NCBI GenBank assembly: GCA_964035545.1
Contig: OZ037770.1
Span: forward strand, 7,446,973 to 7,510,972
From: Bugula neritina
Lineage: Eukaryota; Animalia; Bryozoa
DNA length: 64,000 bases
Direction of reading: 5' to 3'
Part shown: positions 12,601-43,408 of the stretch, in pieces
Layout: every line of letters begins with the position of its first letter
Position numbering within the stretch: the first letter of the stretch is position 1
Translations under genes and position numbers: made by a program
Notes under the pieces: generated by a model
Database searches by the model: none
What the model saw: the letters and a program-made list of their open reading frames with translations, nothing else
What the model was told of the DNA's origin: nothing

Positions 12601-14160
12601 GACTCATCGATCCTAGAGAGAGGGTAAGCGTCCTGGATGGTCACGCTGTTCAGCCTTGCGATAATCAACGCAAAACCTCCAGCTCCCATCTTTTTTCCGA
12701 ACCAGGACAACTAGAGAACTCCAGGCCCCATGGCCTGGCTCAATCAGGTCCCGGTTCAGAAGGTCTTGCACCTGACGGCTCACTTCTCTCTCCTTCTCAG
12801 GACCTAACTGGCGGGTCGGCTGCCGGATGGGCGCCGTCCCCGCTGCCAGGGGTATCTCATGACAGACAGTCTTAGTCAGACCCATGTCATGGTCGCCGCA
12901 ACTGAACACATCCTTGTACTCAGAGAGTAGCCGCGCCATCACCAGGCGTTCTCGCTTGCTCTCACAGCCATCACAGGCATCCTCGTACAACTCCGCTACG
13001 TGTTCAGGCACCGGCCCCCTGCCGTCTCTAGTGGGTGCCCCACGGGCTTCGTCCGCCGTCTTCAGCGCGGGCCCTACATCCTCCTCCTGTACGGTGTGGA
13101 ACTTCCCCACTAAAGACCCAGCCAGCAATTCTACCGGCTCTGTGAAAGGGTTTACGCACTAGACTAGGAACTCCCCCCGCTCATCCAGCCTATTCAGACT
13201 GTTAGCGAGCTGAACGCCCCCCAGTGCACTTTCCACCACTTCTAACTCGGAGATTTCCCTACAGTTCACTCTGCAGCAAACTGTAGCCCGGGAGCGCCCA
13301 GGTACAGTGCAACGCTGTACCACCTGCACTCCTCCCACCAAGGGTCGGCCAAATCGGTCGACACAGGCCAGCTCACGCCCGGCCATCACTACTGCCGACT
13401 TGCTAAAGTCGATGTAGCACCTGTGTCGCTTCAGAAATGGCATGCCCAAGATGGCGTCCTCCTTGAGTTGACTGACGATGAAGGTCTCACTGATCGTCTG
13501 ATCACGGACTCTACCAGTCAACTGGATTACCCCATAGAAAGGAATACACGACCCGTCCGCCAACGTGCCGTGTTCCCCTTCATATGGCTCTAGGCTAGCC
13601 CTGTCCCTGACACTGAGAGTATCGAATAGACGCCGACTCAGTAGGTTTGTGGTGCACTCAGTATCCAACAGGAATGTGACAGCTTTGCCAACAAGTTTGC
13701 CGGGGAGGAAATAGTTGCTTCCATATGGCTGGGCGCTCACTGAGCGGTTCGTCTCTTGAGGCGACACCTCATGTGCATGGAGTTGGGGATGCACCTGCGC
13801 TTTTCGGTTGCGAGGGGGTCGTCGACGTCACGTGGGCAAACAGGTTACATCTCGGTCTTGCTCACACACGGGCGGCCGAGTGAATTCTCGGACTGATGCT
13901 CGTGTGGGCAACCGAGGAAAATCCCTGTGTTGCTCCCACTCGTCGTTCACTCCCTCATCAAGCAAACCTTCAAAGCGGTTTTTGAGTGCCCAAGCCGGAG
14001 GTTTGGGTGGGCCTTGCGGCTTGCTAACTCTCCTTGGGGCTTGCCACTCTGGCGAAAGCGGCCTCCTCACCCGGTGAGGTTTGGGCCTTGACCTCTGCCT
14101 TGGGGGGTTAAACTGGGGCCCACGGTCGGCGGAACTTACCGTGGGCCATTGCTGTTTAAC
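9687..14160 (-). pseudogene. pol: Gypsy 2 pol (PR, RT, RNase H, integrase with GPY/F), disrupted
   Basis: FLLDTECTTNLL; LPFGLTSAPATFQR; YLSDV (decayed YLDD); ILDTDASN; ARWLEIL; HRQAH..CEVC; VAVDLVG, IHSDQG, VERNNR; KFVGPY. Several stops and frameshifts. Confidence 0.95.
14117..14160 (-). promoter_or_regulatory. Putative programmed -1 ribosomal frameshift signal (gag-pol)
   Basis: G UUA AAC heptamer (14160-14154), 6-nt spacer, perfect 10-bp stem ggcccacggt/accgtgggcc with an 11-nt loop; the -1 frame is open into the pol frame (VRRPLSPEWQ). Confidence 0.75.
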
Positions 14161-15007
14161 TGCCTCCCACTACCGCGGGGGCAACTTTGTATGAAGTGCC
14201 CACCACTACCACAGCCCCAGCATACGGGGCGGCGCCTGTCGTCGACAGCTACCGACGACCTCCTGGGTCGCTCGGCTGTCGACTGCTGGCGCAGTTGCCT
14301 GATCTCGGCTAGCAGTTCTTGAACCAAGCTTGTGGTCAAGCTAGTCGATTCGTCTGCTGCTGCCGCGGCGACGTGTACAGCTGTCTTCGTCGGCGACGTC
14401 GACACGTCGTCGTCTGCTCCGACCTGCTGTATTGTCGCACCAGGTCAACTCGCACTGTCGGCTTGGAAATAGGCATTCCCAAGCCTTAGAGCTTTCTCCA
14501 TAGTCTCAACTTCGGCCACCAGCAGATGTTGTTTCAGGCCAAGGTTGTTAATAGACTGGAGGAATGCATCCAGTGCTAGGCTCTGTCGACTATCAGCAGG
14601 CAAGTCGCCGTAGGCGACTTGTGCCAGTCGTTTGACTACGGTAGCATGCTCTCGCAGGTTGGTCTTAGGATTTCTCCTAAGCCCCTGGAGTTGCACGCGA
14701 GCATCTCGAGCGGTTAATCCAAACCGAGCTTGTAATGCTTCAAATATGTCACCGACATTCTGGCCTATCCCATAGGGTTTAGCCGGCCCTGTCAGACATA
14801 ACCGCAGCTGGATCAGAGTAACCCTATTCGGCCATCTGCAGATGGCCGCCACATCACTAAACTCAGTGATGAATTGCTCCACATCTTTTTCCCTGAGAAG
14901 ATGGGAGTTCGCAAGTGGTACCTGTCCATAGGTAGCGCTGGGCCGCCTATGTGATCCTCCTCTACTGCTGCCGGTTCCTGTCTGGGCGCGTCGTTCTCGT
15001 CGGCCAT
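14136..15007 (-). pseudogene. gag: Gypsy 2 gag (one frameshift ~14885, one stop at 14445)
   Basis: Capsid-like helical region and CCHC knuckle CWGCGSGGHFIQSC. Confidence 0.9.
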
Positions 15008-15049
15008 CTTCTTTCTACTCCCTGGCTAGGAGCATTTGTATTAAGTGGG

Positions 15050-15067
15050 ATCCCACCGCTGCCACCA
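15050..15067 (-). promoter_or_regulatory. Primer binding site, tRNA-Leu (AAG/TAG type)
   Basis: TGGTGGCAGCGGTGGGAT, 1 nt inside the 5' LTR. Confidence 0.85.
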
Positions 15068-15068
15068 C

Positions 15069-15487
15069 TGTAGTGAATTTCGCAATTCACTATATTATGT
15101 GTGGGTCAACTCAAACAAAGCCACTACACCAGGTTATTTACGTTATGATAAGTTTATTATTTACAAGATACAAGAAGTTCTAATTACTGCTAACATGAAT
15201 TGAAACGATTACATAATAAGTGAGCATTTATACACAACTACTCTAAATGAAGTCCCAAGCTGCTCTGCCTGGCTAGCTACTCAGCGTGCTTTCACTACGA
15301 GTAGCTAGCTCCACCTGCTATCAATTAGTATGTCAGTCCTGATTGGTTGTTACTAGTGGTGCCACTGTCGACCATAGATACAAGTCGCTGGAGGTCGATG
15401 TAGTCGATCTCCACAATAGCATACAATATAGAGTCGACCGTTTCGATATAATAACTAACACTAATTGCACCACTAAAATCCATTACA
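15069..15487 (-). repeat. 5' LTR of Gypsy 2
   Basis: Near-identical to 7932-8350; adjacent to PBS. Confidence 0.97.
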
Positions 15488-15525
15488 ATATTGTTTCACG
15501 TAGTGCGAGCTACGATCATCAGGTC
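15488..15525 (-). ncRNA. Hammerhead ribozyme motif 1, split by Gypsy 2 (remainder at 7921-7931)
   Basis: Reconstructed pre-insertion sequence gac-CUGAUGA-u-cguag-cucgca-cuacg-u-GAAA-c-aauauu-g-UA-guc. Confidence 0.65.
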
Positions 15526-15798
15526 GTTGTGTGTACGCTTGAGTGATTTTGTTTTGAAATTAGTATTGTTAGTGTATTACTACGCTGGAATGTTTTAACT
15601 AGCGTCTGTTAAGTGCGCAAGTAAAAATTTGCGTTTATGTCTACTTCATTTGTTGAGGGAAGATAATTCCGGTTGTTTTAAAATCATATACTTCTCATAG
15701 TTGCATAAGTTACATCTGTTGGTTAGGTTTGAATATGATTGCAAATCTTTAAAATATTCCATTTTAAGCTGAATTTTGTGTTGTTGTCTTTTAAATTC
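15488..15798 (-). mobile_element. Penelope-like element C, inverted 3'-end copy, proximal part
   Basis: Reverse complement of ~20077-20402 with a small internal deletion and substitutions. Confidence 0.9.
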
Positions 15799-15840
15799 TT
15801 TTAAATACTATTGCGAAGGTGTGGGCCATGGTACTCTGTT

Positions 15841-15885
15841 CTGTGCTGATGAGGAGACAAACCCCGAAACAGCTGCTGTCCACAG
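15841..15885 (+). ncRNA. Type I hammerhead ribozyme motif 2
   Basis: Stem I cugug/cacag, CUGAUGA, stem II ggag-acaaa-cccc (one mismatch), GAAA, stem III cag-cug-cug, GUC cleavage triplet; followed by attgag and (TA)n. Confidence 0.85.
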
Positions 15886-15903
15886 ATTGAGGTATATATA
15901 TAT

Positions 15904-17854
15904 AATCCAACAAGACTCCACCGCAAATTCCCCAACTCCTAAGATTTGAAAAACGTGTATCTACTTTAATCCACAGGCTGAATTTCAGAAAAGTCACATG
16001 CAGCTTTCAACAGAAGTTGCACAATGACATAAAGAACAAGATAATTCTAGCCAATATCATTGTACCAGCAGACAAAACATCAAACTATTATGAGCTGAGC
16101 TGCAATACCTACAATGAAATGCTTCACAACAACATAACAAAATGCTACAAAAAGGAAGACAAGAACACACTCTCAACCATCTCTAGAGAAGACAAAAATA
16201 TAGCAACTGGCTTACACTTAGCTGACAGAATCAACTGTACAAACCAGAAATCACCCTACATCACACTAAAAGATCATAAAACCAACTTTGAAACTACTCC
16301 AACATACAGACTAATAAATCCATCTAAGCCAGAAATAGGGAAGATAAGTAAGCATATCCTTGACAAAATCAACTCTGAAATCACTCAAGAATTACATTTG
16401 AACTAATGGAAAAATACCAACTCAGTCCTTATCTGGTTTAACAACATAAAGAATAAAAAAAGCCACGCTTTTATTGAGTTTGATATCGTTGACTTTTATC
16501 CATCCATCACATCCAACCTACTAAGTAAGGCGTTAGACTTTGCATCTCTTCATGTACAAATAACACACGAAGAGCGACAAATTATTATGCATACAAAAAA
16601 GTCACTCCTATACAACAAAGGTGAAGTGTGGAGCAAAACTACATCGGATCAGTTATCTGATGTGACTATGGGGAGTCACGGTGGAGCAGAGACCTGTGAA
16701 CTGGTCGGCACATTTCTCTTGTACCATGTGACCAGTAAGCATGGCCCCAATTTTGGTTTATATCGAGATGATGGTTTAGGTGTCCTAAAATCTTTGGCTA
16801 GAACCATTGAGGCTACAAAGAAGGACATGTGCAAAATTTTCAAACAATATGGATTAAGAATCACAATTGAGGCAAATAAAAAAACAGTAAACTTTTTAGA
16901 TATCCACCTCAACCTCACAAACTGGATATACCAACCATATAACAAGCCAAACAACATCCCCACATATGTTCATGCAAAATCCAACCACCCACCATCTATT
17001 ATTCGTAACATTCCAGAATCCATAAATAGACAACTCCCATTCATCTCATCCAGCTCTACCACATTCAACAACAACACAGCAATCTATCAACAAGCAATCT
17101 ATCAACAAGCACTTATTAAAAGCGGATACAATCATAAGCTAAATTTTCACACACCCACAGAAGTCACAAAGAAACCAAATCATAGAAGGAAGGTAACATG
17201 GTTCAACCCTCTTTTTAGTAAAAATGTAACTAATAACACCAGAAAAGAGTTTATCAAAATCATCAGCGAGGAGTTTCCTCCAAGCCATGAACTCTACAGA
17301 ATTTTTAATAGTAAAACATTAAAAGTGTCATATAGCTGCATGCCTAACATAGCAGCAATTATAAATGGTCACAATAAGAAAGTATTGAAATCAGAAGAAC
17401 ATGAACACCACACCAAGCCATGCAACTGCAAAACTAAAAACAATTGCCCACTGAGTGGCCAGTGCTGCACTGAGGCTGTCGTTTACCAGGCAACAGTCAC
17501 AAACAACAACAACACAGCAGTAGAGACATACGTGGGACTAACCCAGAACCAGTTCAACTATCAGTACAATAACCACACAGCCAGCTTCAAGAACACCAGT
17601 AAACAAAACTCCACTGAGCTAAGCAACTATATTATCTGGAAATAACATAGAACAATAACATAGCTTATGAGATAAAGTGGAAAATTCTAGCCAGAGCACA
17701 ACCATGCAACAAGCAATCACCACTCTGCAAGCTGTGCCTGCTAGAAAAATACTTCATAATTTGCAAGCCACATCTATTCTCACTCAACAGCCGCAATGAG
17801 ATCATAACAACATACAGCCACGCTAGAAAGCTCCTCCTAGAGAATGTGATTTGA
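15904..17854 (+). mobile_element. Penelope-like element A (RT + C-terminal GIY-YIG; resembles the Hydra clade), 5'-truncated and disabled
   Basis: PADKT, EFDIVDFYPSI, MGSHGGAETCELVG, GLYRDDGL; linker CNCKTKNNCPLSGQC; VVYQATV..TYVGLT; KWKIL..CKLC. TAA stop at 16404-16406, frameshift ~17645, 15-bp duplication AIYQQ. Confidence 0.88.
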
Positions 17855-18075
17855 CATTTTAATCTCTTAATTACTTTTATTCCATTTATTTATGTATTTT
17901 AATCCATTAGCTTTATAGCTTTTACACACATTTCTCATACTTCCTGGCAGTTTAAAGTCAAGTATCTATTTGAACTCCAGGCTGAAAAATTTTAGACAGC
18001 TTTGAAATATCACAAATGAAGCTCGAAGTTTCAGAATCTGCTGTGGCTATGAAAGAGAGAAAGAATTGACTGGCT

Positions 18076-19321
18076 TTATGTTGGGTAAAATACATAGATG
18101 ACACATTTGCAACAATAGACCCTGATTATATTAACACAACACTCAACACACTTAATAATTTTCATCCCAACATAAAATTTACTCACGAACTAGAAACCAA
18201 TAAATCACTTTCTTTTCTGGATGTTACAGTTTTGCGACACAATAGCTCAGTGGAAACCACAGTATTCCGCAGACCAACACATAACGATACATATTTACAT
18301 TGGAACTCTTTCTCACTAAAAACATGGAAGCTAAGCACACTCAAGTCACTAGTATTAAGGGCTAATAAAATCTGTTCTACTCCAGCACTTAAGACCCAAG
18401 AACTAAACTATATTCGAAATGTTTTTGAACATAAAAATGGTTACCCTAAATATGTAATAGAGAAAACTATTAACAACATTGGTGACGGACTACTCAGTGA
18501 AAAAGACAACAGGAAACACATTTTACTCCAGCTGCCTTATAAAGGAGTAACAGGAGAAAAACTAATCCGCTCCCTCAATAAATTAATTACAGACTCTTTT
18601 TCAAATGAACTCAATGCCCGGATTTTATTTAAAGGAACCCCCTTAAGTTCACATTTTAATCTCAGAGATAAAGCCAATAAAGAACACATTCACAACCTAG
18701 TCTACAAAATAACCTGCCCTGAAGCTACCTGTCCACAAACATATGTAGGCGAAACCGGACGTCGCCTATCACACAGAATACATGAACACTGCCATGACAT
18801 CAATTCCAAAATTTATCAACACATCTCTACTACTAATCATGGAAACATATCAATAGACAATGTAACAGTTTTAAATCATTCATTTAAAGGAATCCACCAT
18901 CGAAAAGTAGCCGAAGCTTTCTACATTAAACAAATAAAACCGCAACTCAATAAACAAAATTACTCCATACCACTAAAACTATATCAATAGCTCCACACTA
19001 CTCAACTCTCACATAGTTTCACTAATTCTTGCTTGCTTTGGATATCTATTTTTTTTGTCAACTCTAATTTATTTTTTATGCAAAAAAATCAGTATAATTT
19101 TTGACTTGCGTAATATATAAAATAAGATTATCTCCCTTAAGTTTCAATAATTTACAATAACTGCCACTCTCTATTCTTTGTGTCATGCATAACGTCTAAC
19201 ATAACATAATAATTTTTGAATTTTATTCGTTGCTACTCTGAAGATGGGTACAGTGGTACCCGAAATATCAGTGTAATTACTTTACCTAATAAAGTAATAA
19301 ATAACAATGTTTTTCATATAC

Positions 19322-19325
<4 letters not shown>
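18076..19325 (+). mobile_element. Penelope-like element B (Penelope/Poseidon type), 3' part with UTR
   Basis: WVKYIDDTF, LSFLDV, RRPTHNDTYLHW; GIY-YIG LVYKITC..C..TYVGETGRRLSHRIHEH with CCHH residues; stop at 18990; hammerhead and AATAAA before (TA)n. Confidence 0.9.
19234..19273 (+). ncRNA. Minimal type I hammerhead ribozyme motif 3
   Basis: uacu-CUGAAGA-u-ggguac-agug-guaccc-GAAA-ua-UC-agug: 6-bp stem II and palindromic AUAU in place of stem III, as in minimal PLE hammerheads. Confidence 0.75.

Positions 19326-19411
<86 letters not shown>
19326..19411. repeat. (TA)n microsatellite
   Basis: Direct inspection. Confidence 0.98.
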
Positions 19412-19413
<2 letters not shown>

Positions 19414-20530
19414 AATTTCTGGGCTAGTACTTCTATTCTGGTGTCTAGATTTAATGATTTGGCGATTATGGTGTCCTTAGCTCACTATCCTCCAATGAAG
19501 AAGAGTTTAAAACCACCACACAACCGTACCAAGAAGCACTATCAAACAGTGGATATGACTATAAATTAAAATAAAACCCAACACCTAAATCCAACAACAA
19601 TAATAGAAATAGAAATAGAAACATATTGTGGTACAACCCACCTTTTAGTTCAACAGTAAAAACCAAAATAGGGAAGAAATTTCTCCAAATCATCGACAAA
19701 TGCTTTCCACCATCCAACCAAGTAAAATTTTCAATAGAAAAACTATAAAAATTAGCTATTCATGCATGCCCAACATGAAAAATATTATTGATGGCTCGAA
19801 CCATCACAAACTTAAAACCGCACACACCCCTACTACCGCTACTAAACTAAATGACACACAATGTAACTGCAAACAACCTTCCCACTGTCCACTAAATGGT
19901 AAATGCTTATACAAAGACGTAATATACCAAGCAACTGTAACAAGACATGACAATAATTCCAGCCATTCATACATAGGACTCTGTTCGACTACCTTCAAAA
20001 CCAGATTCAATAACCACAAAGCCTCTTTCCTACATGCAGATAAAGCTAACAGCACGCAACTCAGCAGACACATCTGGAATTTAAAAGACAACAAAACGAA
20101 ATTCAGCTTAAAATGGAATATTTTAAAGATTTGCAAACCATACTCAAACCTAACCAATAGATGTAATTTATGCAACTATGAGAAGTATATAATTTTAAAA
20201 CAACCGGAATTATCTTCCCTCAACAAACGAAAAGAGCTTTCCACCACGTGTAGACATAAACGCAAATTTTTACTTGCGCACTTAACAGACGCTAGTTAAA
20301 ACATTCCAGCGTAGTAATACACTAACAATACTAATTTCAAAACAAAATCACTCAAGCGTACACACAACGACCTGATGATCGTAGCTCGCACTACGTGAAA
20401 CACTATTGTAGTCAATAGAATGAAGATCTAAGTTTATTTTTCTATCCAAAATTGTATTAGTACCAAATATAAATACTCTATTTTTCGAAATATTGAGTTC
20501 TTTTGATTCATTTTTAATTATAGAAACTAT
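19412..20530 (+). mobile_element. Penelope-like element C (Hydra-clade-like), 3' part, preceded by a short inverted fragment (19412-19473)
   Basis: YQEALSNSGY, WYNPPFS, KISYSCMPN, CNCKQPSHCPLNGKC, VIYQATV..SYIGLC, KWNIL..CNLC, stop 20299. The reverse complement of 19412-19473 reads IIAKSLNLDTRIEVLAQK, resembling NIATGLHLADRINCTNQK in PLE A. Confidence 0.88.
20369..20413 (+). ncRNA. Hammerhead ribozyme motif 4 (3' UTR of PLE C)
   Basis: gac-CUGAUGA-u-cguag-cucgca-cuacg-u-GAAA-c-acuauu-g-UA-guc; stem I is only 3 bp and stem II opens with a U-U mismatch. Confidence 0.65.
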
Positions 20531-20548
20531 ATATATATATATATATAT

Positions 20549-20596
20549 CTCAATCTGTGGACAGCAGCTGTTTCGGGATTTGTCCCCTCATCAGCA
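20549..20596 (-). ncRNA. Hammerhead ribozyme motif 5, isolated 48-bp inverted copy of motif 2 between TA tracts
   Basis: ug-CUGAUGA-gggg-acaaa-uccc-GAAA-cagcugcug-UC-cacagauugag; the 5' arm of stem I is truncated. Confidence 0.8.
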
Positions 20597-21117
20597 TATA
20601 TAAATATATGTTTCTATATACTAAAGCATATTTCAAAAGTATATTCTTGCAATCTGTAGGTGATAGTAGCTAAGGAATAAAGGAATATTGGCATAAGAAA
20701 CTTATTCAAGCATGTTTATAGTCACCATCCCTGTGAGAAATCTCTGATAGAAAGGGTATGTTTTAAATGGGGCTAAAGAACTATTCAGATTAGGAACAGA
20801 ATTCATTGTGGCTGAATGTTCTTCCTAACATCACCAATGGCTTTTGTGTAAGTTCAAACCCATGACTAAACAAACGCTCTCACTCCTAGACCATTGCATA
20901 AATAAAGTCTGTCAGGGACACATTTTGATGACCTAATATTATGGAAGATATATTTAACTTAGAATAATAGTTTGCATGATGACCTTAAGAGCTGCATAAA
21001 AGGTTCAACAATATGACGTAGAGCTTATGACAGTGTGACAACAATGACACCATCGGTCATCTTCTTACAACTAATTCAGCTCCTCCGTATTCATAGTCTC
21101 TTCTGAGTTCTGGCAAC

Positions 21118-41978
<20,861 letters not shown>

Positions 41979-43408
41979 CGAGTTCTTTCATTACAATGAG
42001 TTCTCAAAAGGCCGAAACAAGAGTTAACAATTCATGAACATATGATGTAAATGTTAAGATTTGAGGCATCAGGCATTGTTTTCAATTAGCAATCTGCAGC
42101 TAAATGATCAAGATCACACCATCATAAACCTAGAATTTTGTGAAACTTGTAGAGAGGACAACTCAAACATTGAGTATATGCAGTGTAATTTAGGTTATGC
42201 TTATTTGACATGCTATATCGTTTGCACATTGAATTTTTTTTCAAGCTCTATTAGACATTTTACACACAAGAAAATAGTAACATAAGTAGGTACACAAAAT
42301 CTTTGGTCAGACAAATCAAGAGATAATGAGGACACTATAACATTCTATGTATAACAATAAGTACAGCTGGGATAGTTGACCAAGTAAACTAGTCAGGCCT
42401 TGAGTCATCAATACTTTAAATATAGAGATAGTAATAAATATAGGAACTGTTTGCTGTTGACAGAGATATGACTTGGAGTATAATTATGTGGGTGGCGATT
42501 ATTTTCTATTTCATTGTTACAGAATAAAAATTCTTGTTTGTTAGACTGACTCAGACCTAATTAGAACGGTGGCACCAGAGTGGCAGTCATTAGACAAAGA
42601 CCAAGTTAACCCACCAGCCAGCTATCTTACACTACAAGAAATTGAGCCACAACTTCCATAGCCTTTCACATGAGTAAAATCACCAAGTGACTCAAAAGCG
42701 CATGAAGTCAGGCTAAAAGTTGAATGACCAAGATTTCTTGTTGTCCAATTTTTTACAAATATATATTTTTTTAATTTAACTATAATCCTGTATAAAGCCT
42801 GTACAGAGCTGTACATGTCACATTGGCTAGACTACACAATCTACAACAAAATATTCTTCTAATGTAACATAATATATTAAACTTATGGCTTGAAAGTAAA
42901 GTTGTATTCTGAAGTGAACTTTGTTTTCTGGCTAGTGTTTGACTGAATGAAATGTTCCTACTGCATGGTACTTATTCAACTCAAATCAAAATTTCGCAAG
43001 TAATCGACAAACTTTGCTGCTCATAATCATGTAAAACAGAATGTATTTCAAAACAACAACAAAACACAAAGAAATATTATGCCAGCATAAAACCAATTTA
43101 AATGGTAAAATAGCTCAAGCAATATTATTAAATAAAATCACATTTAAAGAAACCAAAGCTGAGGTTTTAGCACCACAAGTATAGATATCAAAAGCAGAGA
43201 TAAAATCTTCATACATGTGTTGAGATAAAAAGAAGAATATATATAATAAAACATTATCAAAAAAGTGGTAAGCTGCAGAAATTAAAACCTAGCTCTAAGT
43301 GGGTGTGTCCTGTGGTACTAAAGAGAAAGTACTATAAAGAGAAAGTACTATAAAGAGAAAGTACTATAAAGAGAAAGTACTGAAGAAAACAGCTGAGGTT
43401 TATAAAGG

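Larger units (their letters stand above)
7932..15487 (-). mobile_element. Full-length Ty3/Gypsy LTR retrotransposon 2 (coding regions disabled)
   Basis: 419-bp TG..CA LTRs at 7932-8350 and 15069-15487 (5 differences seen by eye); 4-bp TSD ATAT at 7928-7931 and 15488-15491; PBS, PPT (ggtgtggagag, 8351-8361), gag and pol present. Confidence 0.97.

Noticed and set aside
9857-14077. Many plus-strand ORFs over Gypsy 2 (and over Gypsy 1 and 3)
   Set aside because: Antisense shadows of pol with no recognisable motifs.
16404-17645. Selenocysteine recoding as in Naiad PLEs
   Set aside because: The interruptions are TAA stops or frameshifts rather than UGA at Cys positions, and the endonuclease is C-terminal, unlike Naiads.
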